DNA of 64,000 bases from Ginglymostoma cirratum (taxonomy: Eukaryota), in assembly GCA_024137785.1 (NCBI GenBank), contig JAHRHZ010000018.1:15103471-15167470 (forward strand), read 5' to 3'. Shown here one piece after another: positions 10,160 through 23,400 of this stretch. The position numbers were made by a program, and so were the translations under genes. The stretch's first letter is position 1, and each line of letters starts with the position of its first letter. The notes beneath the pieces were generated by a model. The model was not told where the DNA came from and ran no database searches. It was given only the letters and a program-made list of their open reading frames with translations.

Positions 10160-11550
10160 CATTCATAGAATGTAGGTGTTGTTGAATTGGCCAGCATTTA
10201 TTAACCACCCCTAATTACCCACGAGAAGGTGTGTTGAATGTGTGAACAGTCGACAGGACTGTTTCTGCCGTTGTCTTTTCCGGTACCTAGGTCGATGCCA
10301 GGTGATCCGTCTAGTTTCATTTCTTTGAAACTTTGTAGCAATCAATACAACTGAATGGCTTGCTAAGCCATTTCAAAAGACAGTTGAGAGTCAACCGACA
10401 TTGCTGTGGGTCTGGAGTCACATAAAGGCTAGACCAGGTGAGGATAGCAGATTTTCCTTCCCTGAAAAACATTAGTGAACCAAATAGGTTTTTCCGACAA
10501 TGATCTCATGGTGATCAGTAGATTCTTAATTCCAGACTTTGTTTTTATTGAATTCAACTCCCATCATCTTTCGTGATGTGATTCAAACACGGATCCTCAG
10601 AACATTAACTGGGTTGCTGGATTAATAGTCTAGCGATAATACCACTAGACCATTGCCTACTTTCAACCACTGCAGTCCATGTAGTGTAGGTACACCGTCA
10701 ATGCCCATTACAGAAGGCGTCCAAGGATTTTGACCCAATAAAGTATGTAGGATGGTGATTGCCTTGGAGGTGAACTTGCAGGTGGTTGTATTCCCATGTA
10801 TCTGCTGCACTTGTCCTTCTAGATGGTAGTGGTCGTGGGTTTGGAAGGTGCTGGCTACGGAGCCTTGGTGAATTTCTGAGGTGCATCATGTAGATTGTAC
10901 AAACTTCTGCTACTGAGCATTGGTAATGAAGAGACTGAATGTGGATGTGGTACTAGTAAAGCGAGCTGCTTTGTCCTGGATAGTGTCAAGCTTCATCAGT
11001 GTTGTTGGAGCTGCACTCAACAAGATAAGTGGGAAGTAATCCATCGCACTCCTAACTTGAGCCTTGTTGATGGTGCACAGGCTTGGGGAGTCAGGAATGA
11101 GTTACTTGCTGCAATATTCCTAGCCTTTGACCTATTCTTGTAATCATATTATTTATATGACAAAACCAGTTCAGTTTCTGGTCAATGGTAACTCCCAGGA
11201 TGTTGATCATGGGGCATTCAGTGTTAGTTATGCTATTGAATGTCACAAGGCAATATTTGGATTCTGTCTTGTTGGAGATGTTCATTGCCTGCCACCTGTG
11301 TGGTGCAAATGTTACTTGCCACTTTTCAGCCCAAGCCTGGATATCGTACAGATCTGGCTACATTTGAACATGAAATTTTTCAGTATCTGAGGAGTGGACA
11401 ATGGTGTTGAACACTGTGCAATCATCAGTGAACGTCCCCACTTTGTACCTTATGATGATGGAAAAGTCATAGATGAGGCATTGAAGATTGATGGGCCAAG
11501 GACACAATTTAAGGAACTTCTGCAGCAAAGTCATGGAGCTGAGATGACAT
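10160..11550 (-). mobile_element. second LINE family, RT C-terminus and tail, interrupted by a SINE (~10335-10660)
   Basis: INILGVTIDQKLNW.CHIN...GQRLGIL; nested tRNA-like SINE matches 35195-35525 and 49886-50163. Confidence 0.8.
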
Positions 11551-11559
11551 ACATGAACT

Positions 11560-11700
11560 AAAAATAGGAAGTTATGCAGAAACTTGGCAGGTTTGGCAGT
11601 ATCTATGGAGAGAGAAACATAGTTTACATTTCGAGTCTGATGTGACTCTTCTTCAGATTTATCTCAGATTTCTAGTTTCAAAGTACTTTGCTTTTATTTA
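11560..11700 (-). mobile_element. Penelope-like terminal fragment with hammerhead motif
   Basis: Minus strand CTGAAGA-A-GAGTC ACATCA GACTC-GAAATGTA (11656->11625); perfect 5-bp stem II. Confidence 0.65.
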
Positions 11701-12559
11701 ATTCTTACTTCGATTAAATAAAATTCAATTAAATTAAGTGCAGGTTGGATAAACCGGATTGGCAAAATTAGTCTAGAAATAATTGAGGGTATCTATGATA
11801 ATTTAATGCCATCAATATGTTCAAAAGCTATTGTAGACTCAGAAATAAGTAATGGTCAAATTTAATGTTCAGTTTGAAGGGGATAAGTTTGGTTGTAAGA
11901 CTAGTGTTTTAACACCAAATAAGGACACATATCAGTATGAAGGTACAGCTGGATAAGATGAACTGGGAAGCTATGTTTAAAGATAGAGCGATAGCGATGC
12001 ACTGGTGGGCTTTTAACACTTGGCGAGATGGTGGCCTAGCCTGGCCATGCAGCCAGGGACTCCTGGTTATGGTAGGCCCAGGACAGGGACTCCAAGCATC
12101 AGCATGGTGGCAGCTAGCAGCAGCAGAGCCGGGAGCTCCTGGTTGCTGGTGAATGTGGGTCCAGCATAAGACCCAGCATCGGCGGCTTGTTGGCAAACTG
12201 CACCCCAGCAATGAAGAGATGGCACCTGAAGAGTGGTGACTCCAACGTTGGTGTGTCCAGCACAGGTGTCATTGGTCAGACAGCTTAGGACTCATGGTGG
12301 AAATGGTGGAATAAAGATGGATTTTCTTTCAGCTTTATCTTTTTATACTTTTTATTCTTAAACTACACAAATAGTGCCGGATTGTGGCAACACTGTATTT
12401 TACTGTATTGTTCATTGTAGACTACAAGTGGCAATAAATCATCATTTGTTCATTCTTAACCCTGTGAGAAAGAAAGACTCTGAGAAGGACCCATCATTTG
12501 TAGCCGACATTTTAAGGATGGTATCAAATTGAAATGAACACTGTACCAATTCTGTACTT

Positions 12560-13275
12560 ATCCAGCCATTGGACAGGTTTTAAGGGCCAGCAAAGAATGA
12601 CTAAATTATAATAAGGAGGCAGTATGTAGAGTATGAGAGAAAGTCAGAAGTCACACGACCCCAGGTTATAATCCAACAGGTTTATTTGAAATCACAAGCT
12701 TTTGAAGCGCTAATCCTTCATCAGGAGAGAAAAAGCTGACTAGTAATAGAAATTTTAAAAATGAGTTTCTACAAGATTTTAAATAGGAAAATAGTAACTA
12801 AATGTTTGTACTCTAGATAATGGAAAACAAGGAAATAGTGGAGACATTAAACAAATATTTTGAATTTGTCTACACTTTAGAAGTCCTATAAAAGTTTCCA
12901 CCAACATTTGAAAATCAAGAGGTAAAAGGGAGGGAGGAACTTAAAATAATACCATCATCAGGGAAAGGGTACTGAGAAAATGGTCGAATCTAAAGTGTGG
13001 CAAATCCCCAGAGGCATTGGCTATCATTTTCCAAAAGTCCATAGATCCTGGAAGCATCCCAATGGATTGGAAATTAGCTAACATAATACCATTTTGGAAC
13101 AAAAAAATGGTGAGAAAGTATACAATAAAGAATGCTATTCAAAAAAGTGTCCAGGTTAGAGAGACAGGACAGGTAGAAATAACTGTTGATAAAGCATACT
13201 GTGTTCTAGACTTCATTAATAGGGACATAGAGAACAAGAGAAAGTAAGTTATGTTGAACCTACAAAAAACACTAA
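12560..13275 (+). mobile_element. old CR1 ORF2 fragments, containing a PLE half-arm at 12643-12724
   Basis: MAIIFQKSIDPGSIPMDWKLANIIP and KAYCVLDFINRDIE; PLE family-B arm flanked by 8-bp TSD GAGAGAAA (12635-12642, 12725-12732). Confidence 0.7.
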
Positions 13276-14326
13276 TGTTGTGATCCCAGTTTAGAGTTAT
13301 GATCCCAGTTGATACTATTCTTGGACAAGTCAGATCCCAGACTGAAACCTGACTTGATAAATCATGTCTTTTTTTGTTTTAACAATAAAACAAACTTTAT
13401 CATGCAAAGAAATGAAAATAAAATCAAATAACCAAACTATTTGCATAAGGTTAAAGATTTCAAAACACACGGCACCCCATTACAATACTCATATAGCGAA
13501 AAGAGAATTCCCCTCTTTATCACATATGGGGTTTGACTTGGAAGTGGCTTCAATTCCCAAGTCTTGAGTATCTGATTACATCTTCCTTGAATCTTCATGC
13601 AACCGAGCTTAGACTTTTTCAGCTTCAAACAACCCCTTCAGGATTTTAATCAAATACTTCTGGTCTGGAATTTTAAAACTAAACTCCTTACCTGAGGCAA
13701 CCTATATTTTAACAGTTATAAACCATTTATTTTAATCAAGGGCAGCTGTTTTACACATCCAGCTACAGAAATATTCACAAGTTAATCATTAAACCCCTTC
13801 AGACACAAAGACCAAAACCCACATGCCACTGCCACTGCCACAAGTCCAAACTCAAATAAATTATAAATAAAATACATATAAATCTTATGCCTCACCTCCC
13901 TACAGAAGAGAATGAAAATGTATATTTAAGAGGCATTTTCATTACTCATCAAAAATTATCTTAACACCATAACTATATCACATTAGTATAGCAAGGACTT
14001 AAATAAGTCCATGGACATCACGTCACTTGGTGTCCTTGATACATGCTCTCAATAAAGCATCCACTATAAAATGTAATGTTCCAAGCACATAAGTGTTACT
14101 TAAATTATCTGGTTATTGAACAAAGCTCTACAGAAGTAATTATAAGGGCGTGTCTTGAAATGTTTCCCAAAATAAAATCAATAGATTGTGATCCAGATAA
14201 ATAACAGTATCTTCCACATTGTTGGTGATGTATATTTCAAAGTGATGTAAAGACTCAATGTTTCTTTTCCAATTGCTGAATGTTTTTATTGTAAAGTAAG
14301 AGGTAAAACCAACCCAGTATTACCAG

Positions 14327-14415
14327 ACAAGGTGTAGAGCTGGATGAACACAGCAGGCCAAGCAGCATCAGAGGAGCAGGAAGGCTGACGTTTCGGGCCT
14401 AGACCCTTCTTCAGA
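14327..14415 (-). mobile_element. PLE family A half-arm with intact hammerhead core
   Basis: Minus strand CTGAAGA-A-GGGT CTAG GCCC-GAAACGTC (14414->14387). Confidence 0.85.
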
Positions 14416-14417
14416 CT

Positions 14418-14580
14418 ACAGGGCTGCTGTCTAATTAGAGAAAGGCGATGCTGATGGTTTAACCTGAAGGTCACCATGCTTCAGGTGAGGGGAGATGTTG
14501 AAAAGGAGAATCCTTTGTGTTAACCTAAGGAATTGAACCCACATTGTTGGCATCACTCTGCATTACAATCCAACTGGCCT
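14418..14580 (-). mobile_element. third tRNA-derived SINE-like fragment
   Basis: B-box GGGTTCAATTCC on minus strand (~14529-14540). Confidence 0.5.
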
Positions 14581-17029
14581 GTTATTTTTGACATGCAGTC
14601 AATTGGTTTGAAAAACAACTGATGGGCCTTTGGATCCCCGTCTCACTATCTTGCAGAAAAACTGATTTTTGAGAAATAGTACATATCCAATTCACTTAAT
14701 GCGGTCCTCCAATCTTGGACCAGGATATTAGCCCATTTTCATCACCATATTGACTTGGCAAAAATCAATACAATATCTTTGTGACCAATCCAGTTTTAGC
14801 ACTGTCACAATAGCTGAACTCCAGGTACTACAATTCAGTTCAATAATGTCATTGTCCATTATGAACTTAATCCATTCCCTTACTTGAGCCAATCAGGCTA
14901 GTTAGCGTCTGTAAGGGTGTTGATTTATCAGTAACATATACCCTATATTAATATCAGCCAAACTGTTTTCTTGGCTTATTCCAAAAAAAATTAAAATTCT
15001 GTAATTCATAAATTACTTCAATAGATTACTGGAAGAAATACATGATGCTAGCTAACTTCTTAAGCACCTCCGCATTTTCCAGTCTGATTGTTGTAGGGTC
15101 AACTTTTGAGTTTTCACAGCTGATTCATTCTCCAGTTATTCTGCTATGACCTGTTGAGGTAATGTGCCAGAATTTGAATCCTGCTATTCACATAGTCTGT
15201 ACAAAAGTTAAAGATTTTATCAATTCAGACATGGGTTGATGGAAAGCACAGACCAGTTTTCTGTCCTGAACAAGAAATAGAATTCACTAAACTAATTAGA
15301 CTCTAGCTACAGGTAAACAGATATGAACTATCTAATAATAACATAATATATAATACTACTTCAAAACTCTAATCCCTCTATGAACTCCTTTGCACACAAA
15401 TACAGGCAGATAAACAGACAGGGTAAAATAGATTTAAGGTAGAGGATAGAAACTGGAAGGTCAGTTCAGAAATCTTTTATTCCCAGGTTCTGTTGTTGAG
15501 ATCATCCTTACAACTTTTCTGCTGTTGACCAGCATGTTGCTTCAATTTCATTCCTCCAGGTGCTCCCACTCACTCACAAAAAGTCTGGCCTATCAATTAA
15601 AAGTCACAGCAATTGTTGTAGGAAAGATGAACTGGTTTTCTTCAGGTTTATAGTGAGTTTTGACTGTGGAGACTAGAGAGACCGTTCCTGAGTTAGGGAA
15701 GGCTGAACTCTTCTTTCTATAATTGTTCCTAGCTCCAAGCTATTCAATTATCGAGAACAAATCACTTAGTTGTTGGCAGAAAAAAAAGCTCTCTATTTTC
15801 AATAACTGCTCACCAGTTATCTTTTCAGTATGTCAACTACACTACATAAAACTTAAATGATTGAGTTTCTTTTTGATTTGATGATATTTAGCGAACCTTG
15901 CATTTCCAGATTCCTGAGAGACAGACAACAATACTAACTCCCTGTCTTCAGCAACAAAATTTGAATTTCAATTTTTTTTATGTTAATCACTTTTCAAATG
16001 CTTTTTAGACAACTTAAAAGCTTTGGTCAGTTTTTCTGAAATTCAAGACATTGGCTGGAAGTGTGGTTTCTGAGCTTTTTTGGTTTATCAATTTCTCTTC
16101 AATCAATTCAAATGGTCCTTTCACACCATGTCCATACATTAGTTCAAGAAGATTCAATCCTGTGGAGGCATTAGGAGAATCCCTAAAGGCAAATAGAGAC
16201 AATATAATTCCAGTATTAGTCATTATGACGTAGTTGACAATAAGTTCTAATCATGGTCTTCAAAGTTTGCTGCCATCTTTCCAATGTACCTTAAGATTAT
16301 GGGTGATAAACAGAAGATGTAAATTGTTTTATTCCAAACTAATTATACTTTCTTTGAATATTTGTGAAATAAAATTTGAAACTTGACCTGATCGTATTTA
16401 TTTGGGTAATCCATATCTTGTAAAAGATTGATCTAACTTTTCCACTGCCAATTTTCGCAGTAATTCTTCCTATAGGCATTGCCTTCGGACATCTTTTGGA
16501 AATGTATATAGTCATTCAAAGATATTGATTTCCATTCTTGATTTTACACAGTGGTCCTATATAATCTATTGAGACCCTGCTAAATGGTTCTTCAAAAGCT
16601 GGTATTGGAATTAAAGACACACATTGATTGGAGGGTTGGAATTTCCTCACTGCCTGATGTATATGGCTTGTCTGACAGAATTGACTACACCTTTATGTAG
16701 TCTTGGCCATTAAAAATGGTTTAACATTTTAACCTTTTTCCTAGTACCTAAGTTAACTCCCATCAGAATTTTGTGAAAAATTACAAAATTTAATTATGAT
16801 ACTCAGTTGAAACTACCAGCTGGACCACTGCCCACGAGAACCTGTAACTACTGAGTTCTGTTTTTTTGTTGCTTGATCAACATCATATTTCACACTTTCC
16901 CTTTGATTTCATGCTCGTCAACTTCATGAACAAGTCTATTATGAGATAATTTATCGAATGTCTCTTGACAATCTACATATATCACATCAAACTCACTACC
17001 TTTTTTTAACCAACTTTGGTATCTTAATC

Positions 17030-17544
17030 ATAATTCTGGTTTCCCTTCTATAGAAAGGATGTTGTTAAACTTGAGAGAGTACAGAAAAGATTTGCAAGGA
17101 TGTTGCCAGGACTGGAGGGTTTGAGCTATAGGGAGAGGCTGAATAGGCTGGGGCTGTTTTCCTTGGAGTGTTGGAGGCTGAGGGGTGACCTTATAGAGGT
17201 TTATGAAATTTTGAGGGGCATCTATAGGGTGAACAGCCAGGGTCATTTTACCAGGGTAGGGGAGTCCAAAACTAGAGGGCATAGGTTTAAGGTGGGAAAG
17301 GAAAGATTTGAAAGGGACCCAAGGGGCAACTTTTCATGCAGAGGATGGTGTGTGTATGGAATGAGTTGCCAGAGGAAGTGATGGTGATGGGCACAGTTAT
17401 ATCATTTAAAAGACATCTGGTCCAAAATGGGGAGGAATATGGGCTAAATGCTGGCAAATGGGACTAGTTCAGTTTAGGATCTGGTTGGCATGGATGTGTG
17501 GATTAAAGGGTCATTTCTGTGCTGTAAAGCTCTATAACTCTATG
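17030..17544 (+). mobile_element. CR1 (HER1-like) LINE 3' end
   Basis: MLPGLEGLSYRERLNRLGLFSLECWRLRGDLIEVYEIL; ends in (ACTCTATA/G) repeats. Confidence 0.92.
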
Positions 17545-18125
17545 ACCCAAATTGGCTCCAAAGGCCAGTTCAAACTGGTTGCAAATGCTCCTGAGTCTGC
17601 GCACTGACAGCAGATCCAAGCAGAAAACTGCAATGTCATCCATGTACAAAGAGGCTTTGACCTGCAGGTCTCCATTGCCTGGAATAGTCACTCCTCTCAG
17701 GCTTGCATCCTTCCAGATGGACTCAGAAAAAGTTTCTATATAATACACAAACAAGGCAGGAGAGATTGGGCAGACCTGCCTGACTCTAGACCTGATTGGG
17801 ACTCTTTCTGATTCTCACCTGTTGATTGAGACTTCATTACTGATATTGGTGTAGAATAGTCAGATTCAATTGAGGATTCACTCCCCACAGCCTGTCTCTC
17901 ATGTACATGTACGATATCCTCTAAAAGGTCTTCTCCTGGTCCAGGCTGATGATATAGGCATATAACCCCCTGTCCTACATGTAAACGATTGTATCCCTGA
18001 GGAGTGCGAGGTTGTCAGAGATCACTCTACCTGGTACAGCACAGGGTTGGTTGGGGTGAATCACCGATCACAGAGCAGACCTGGCCCGGTTGGCGATGAC
18101 TTTGGACAGGATTTTGAAATTGGTG
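17545..18125 (-). mobile_element. Tx1/L1-clade LINE RT fragment
   Basis: KILSKVIANR, IHPNQPCAVPGR, GVRQVCPISPALF, VKASLYMDDIAVF, FELAFGA. Confidence 0.85.
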
Positions 18126-18384
18126 AAATTGGTCTCCAAATCTAATTTCTTCTTTCTTGCCCTCTCCACTTGTATATAACGGTGGTGATACCTTTCCTCA
18201 TGATTTCCTCTGGATTTGCCAGAAGCCCACTGTTGTGCTCCTCCAGCAGGTGGTGGCCAATCAAGTCCTACAGTGCTGAAAAACAACTCAGTCAGTAAGC
18301 TGTCACTTCTGGGAGTTTTATTTTTACAGTCTACATGCACCACATCAATCTCATTATCCTTTTCAACTATCTTTGTTACTTCAT

Positions 18385-18875
18385 CACAATTCTGGTCACC
18401 CTTCTATAGGGATGATATTGTTAAACTTGACAGGTTGCAGAAAAAAATTACAAGGGTGTTGCTGGGTCACAAAGGTTAGAGTTAGAGGGAGAGGCTAAAT
18501 AGGCTAGGGCATTTTTCCCTGGAGTGTTGGAGGCTGAGGCCTTAAAGAGGTTTATAAAATCATGAGGGACATGGATAGGGTGAACAGCCAAGGTCTTTTT
18601 CCCAGGGTAGGGGAGTCCAAAGCTAGATGGCAAAGGTTTAAGGTGAGAAGGGAAAGATTGAAAAAGGACCTGAAGGGCAACTTTTTCACACAGAGGAATT
18701 GGTGGAGGTGGGTACACTTACAAAATTTAAAAGGCATCTGGATGGGTATTTAAATAGGAAGGGTTTAGAGGAATATGGGCCAAATGCTGGCAAATGGGAT
18801 TAGGTTAGATCGGGATGTCTGGACTGTGCAGACGAGTTGGACTGAAGGATCTGTTTGTGTTGTATTACTCTATGA
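18385..18875 (+). mobile_element. CR1 LINE 3' end
   Basis: QFWSPFYRDDIVKLDRLQKKITR...VGESKAR; same tail as the 17030 copy. Confidence 0.9.
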
Positions 18876-19370
18876 CAAAATAAAAAAAATTCAAATTAGT
18901 TCAAACATGATTTCCCTTTAAAACTGTGCAGGCTTTCCATTTTTAATCAGCATTTATTTTTGCAACAATTAATTGTTGTCATGATTATCATCTTTAACAA
19001 CTTTCCTACCACCAAGGGTTAAATTAAGTGGCTAGCTGTTGCTGAATTTATCCATATGTCCTTTTAGAACTTAGAACCGTAGAAAAGCTCAGTTCAGAAA
19101 GAGGCTATTCTGAGCTAACTGAATAAACTAGATGCCTCAACCACCAAACTTAGCAGTAGATTCCAGACACCAACCATTGAGTAAAAAAACTTTTCCTTTT
19201 GTCCCTTCCAATACTCCACCAATCACCTTAAATCTGTGCCCTCTCAATGGAGTGAAGCCAATGTAACATAACTATATCTTATTTGGCACAAATGCCATCT
19301 ATTGATTGAAAACTGTTACAACAGGCCTGCATTCTTTAATAGACCAGCTTGGAAGTGATTGAAACTCAGT

Positions 19371-19509
19371 CCTCAGATCCAGTCCTGAAGAAGGGCAATA
19401 CGTGAAACATTGATTGCTGCTTTCCTCCAGATGCTGCCTGGCCTGCTGTGTTCTTCCAACCTCCTGTTTGTGTACCTTGGATTCCAGCATCTGCAGGTTT
19501 TTTGTCTCA
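19371..19509 (+). mobile_element. PLE terminal mini-insertion (family C) with decayed hammerhead
   Basis: CAGTC-CTGAAGA-AGGGCAATACGT-GAAACATT-GATTG; 9-bp TSD AAACTCAGT (19362-19370, 19510-19518). Confidence 0.7.
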
Positions 19510-19584
19510 AAACTCAGTAAACGACTGATACACTGAAGAGCAAAGTGAAAAAAAGCAACAAAGCAAAAGATTCATTGATACAAG

Positions 19585-20090
19585 ACACAAATCAGGAGCA
19601 GGATAGAATATTACCCATTTGCTTGGACAAGCGCAGCTCCAACAACGTTCAAGAAGCTTGACATCATCCAGCACAAAGGAACCCGCTTGATTGGCACCAC
19701 ATCCGCAAACATTCAGTCCCTCCACTACCGATGCTCATTAACATCAGAGTTTATCATCTACAAGATGCACTGCAAAAATTCACCTAGGCTCCTCAGCCAG
19801 CGCCTTCCATAACCGTGAACACTGCCACCTAGAAGGACAAGGGCAGCAGATACATGGGAACAATTCCCATTTCCAAGCCACTCCCATCTTGGAAGTGTAT
19901 CGGTGGTCTTTCATGTTGCTAGGTCAAAATCCTGGAACTCTCTCTCTAGAGGCATAATGAATCAAACTAAACCAAATTGACTGCAGTGGTTTAAGAAGGC
20001 AGCTCACCACCACCTTCTCAATGGCAACTAGTGATGAGAAATAAATGCTGGCATGGGCAGCAATGGACATATCCCATGAATGGATAAAAA
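19585..20090 (+). mobile_element. second LINE family 3' end
   Basis: AAPTTFKKLDIIQHK-type ORF2 end and AATAAATGCTGG...ATCCCATGAATG tail. Confidence 0.8.
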
Positions 20091-20149
20091 AATGAATGAA
20101 CAAAAAACCAAGGAAAACAAAAAAAAAGCAAACAATCCTTACTATTTTT

Positions 20150-20489
20150 TCATAGAATCCCTACAATGCAGAAAGAGGCTGATTGGCTCATCGAGTCTGC
20201 ACCGACCCTCCAAAAGAGCGTCTGAGCCAGACCCACACCCACCCTATCCCCATAACCCGATATTTACAATGGCTAATCCATCTAGCCTGCACATCTGTGG
20301 ACATTACAGGGCAATTTAGCATGGTGAATCCATCTAACCTCCACATCTTTGGACTGTAGGATGAAACTGGAGCACTCAGTGGAAACACATGCAGGGAAAA
20401 CATGCAAACTCCACACAGTCACTCAAGGCTGGAATCAAACCTGGGTCCACCTGGAACAGCAGTTCTAACTACTATGCCACTGTGCTGCC
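20150..20489 (-). mobile_element. HE1-like SINE
   Basis: Homologous to 1707-2048. Confidence 0.8.
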
Positions 20490-23400
20490 ATTTATTTCTT
20501 AATAAATTATTTACAACGAGAAAGGGAAGGCAAATAGTTACTTCTGAATTGGGAGCAAAATATCTGTTTACTGAATTACAGCTATTCAAGCAACATAGGC
20601 AGCTGTATTTCACAGATCTAGCAATAAATGATCCTAAGAAATCTCTAAAAATCTTATGTGCTGTTGACAAGATAGGCTTCACAGAATTAATATGTCTATT
20701 GTTTCTATGACATTAGAAGGATTCACAAAAGATCTGCAGAGTACCTGAAGACCAGCTTAAGGTAAGAATTAACTTGAGAATTAACAGGTCCTAACTCATG
20801 TCACACTGTCAATAACACCAAAAGTTTATTGATGAGCTTGTTGCAAGATATCACAACAAAGGATATAAGAATGATGTCTCTGAAGAAGAACTCTCAGAAC
20901 AGCACATAGAATTAATCGTCCCCTCTATATCAATTAAGACCATCAAGGAGCAGCTTCTGAGCAAGAAAATGAACCATATCATTAATGTATTAATATCATT
21001 AATTGCTTGAAAATGGACATCTGCTTGAAGTCATAATCACAGGCCACCAATTAGATACAGCCAACACTATTGCCACAGTCAACAAATTGCACCAAACCTA
21101 AAAGATCCGTAACAGATGTGGATTGGTGTACCTACCCAAAAGCTGTCCAGCTTTCCTTCATGTCTGCAAATCATGTGACACAAAAAGGATATTGGGAACA
21201 TGCAGGATATTTGCTTTCAAAATTCAATCTAGACTGCAAAGCAAAACATAGGTGACCAACAAGATCACCAAAACACTGGCAGCAAGGCAAAGTTACACAA
21301 ATGTAGATGTATTGATGAAGTGCATAGTGAAATAAGTGAAAGGCAAATTAATCCTCAGGTGAACATTTCTGAGGCACAGTTCAACTCCTTTACTAAAGTG
21401 GTATCTTATGCTAAATGTGTATTAAATTATATAGCAATTCAAGATACCCGTTGTGGCTTCCATTGAGTTGAGATTTTTAGGTTTACAGGATTCAAAGAAT
21501 AGATTGGTGAGGAAAATGAATGTCATGTTTTACGAGTATGAGAGTCATAGATTGTATGAGAGGAGTTTTGCATTTCTACATGTGGGGATTTTGATCATGA
21601 GGGCCCACATTGCTATGTGTTGTTTATGCAATGGAGACAGCCAAACCAAACCAGCCTTTTTACCTCTGCATTTGCAGCACAGAAAAATTAAAACCTTCAA
21701 AGACCTTCAGAATTGACCCCAATGATTCTTCTGAATGACCAATTTTAGACTCTGCAAATAATCAATTCTGAACACCAGTTTGTATTTAAAAAAAGACTTA
21801 GCAATTTAATATCAATACAGTAACTTTAGCAGAGTAAACTTAAACAACAAAATAATTTAATTTGTCTATGAAAAAGCCCAAAAGTCTTTGTTGTCTGCCC
21901 CATTCACACAAAAGACAGATCAATAAACAAATACAGTTAAGGAATAAATAATAATATAAAATAACAAAACTAGCTAGATTACTTATGTGGTTTTTACAAT
22001 GTGTTGCTTCAACGGTATAGATGATGGTTTCTTGGTTGATTTTGTGAAGATGTCGATCAGGGTCACCTTTACAGTTCACTTAGATAAAGGCAGCAATGCT
22101 TATAACTTAGTTTTCTTTTCTCTGAACTTCTACGATATGCTCATGGGAGTTTAGGCAGGTAAATTTCAAGTCTTCATGCAGTTGCACCAACAGTTAGATT
22201 CCTTTTTCCCAGAAAATACAGGTCAAAACCCAGTTCAAACTTTAGCCCCTCTTTAACAGACTGATCATCTCTTCCACAATGCCCCAATTAGCATTTAATA
22301 TGTCATCTGCTTGAAAATAAGGTCTTTTCCAGACTTGCTGGAACCAATCCCCAAGTACTGACATCATTAATGGCCATATTCTGCAATCTGTTTAAACCAA
22401 CTGCTCTTCCCTAGTGATGAAGCATCTGCAGGACCTCTAGATCAGGAATGAACCTGCAATTAACTTCCATGCCTGACCTCATGAATAAACAAAAGCTTGT
22501 TTGGTCTATTCTCCTTTTAACACACTCTGTCACCCACAGTTCAAAAGTCATCTTTAGCTCATAGCTTCCAATTCACTGCTCCAAGTTAAAAATTAATGAA
22601 AGAATAAAATAAAAATAATTAAAAACCAGCGAATGTTCTAACCGTATCCAAATGCATGCCATTCACCAGTTGACAGTTGCTATTTCTGCCTAAGCTCCCT
22701 GACCTGCAGTTTTAATGTACCTTAACAGATACCTGTAATTAATACAAAATAAACACAAATTTATAAGAAACACCTGATGCAAGTATTTAGCAAATTGGTT
22801 GTTTGACATATGTGGTTGTGACAGTTGCACAAAAAAGCATCCCAGTGAAAAGAGTCAACAGATATCACTGGATGTATTTACAGTACACAATTCACAATAG
22901 CTACAGGCCACTTTTCAAATGTAACAGTCCCACATATTGTAATGTAAACTGTCAGATCATGTGTAGCAACTGTTTTTGTTGCAAGTAGCTTTAGGGAACT
23001 ACATTAAAAATAATATAGTTATAATGTTGGTTTTCCAAATTGAAAACATGACCTAGTTACGAAGCCACACTTGAAAAACATGTCATATAACAATAGAAAG
23101 GAGTTTGGTATATTTTTCCAAAAATAAAATATGTTTATAATTACTTAGGAGAAAGACAATTTATATAATGCCTTGGTGTATAGGCTGTTATAACTGAGGT
23201 TGAAGGTGTCTTTCTCTAGTTCCACAGTTCCACAAAATATATTTAAACATTTTACTCATTTACTGATATAGCTAATTGTATTTGTTCTACGTTATATTCT
23301 ATTAGATCTATGTTAGTTTCAGAATAAAATATCTGTTAACCAAATTTTTTATCAAACAATAAAAATATTAATTTATTTTAACAAGACTTGTTCAACAAAA

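Larger units (their letters stand above)
13278..16860 (-). mobile_element. decayed Gmr1-type Gypsy LTR retrotransposon (IN-RT-RH order) with probable 3' LTR
   Basis: Integrase ~16800-16014 (PAFEEPFSRVSIDYIGPL, GTLERWQQTLKTMI, FAFRDSPNASTG), RT ~14960-14620 (QHPYR, IIE...STWSS, YPGPRLED), RNase H ~14330-14045 (IGKETL, YLDHN, VDALLR), LTR-like ~13278-13893. Confidence 0.8.

Noticed and set aside
20720-21260. Gag-like remnant on the plus strand
   Set aside because: Too decayed to assign by eye; needs an HMM search
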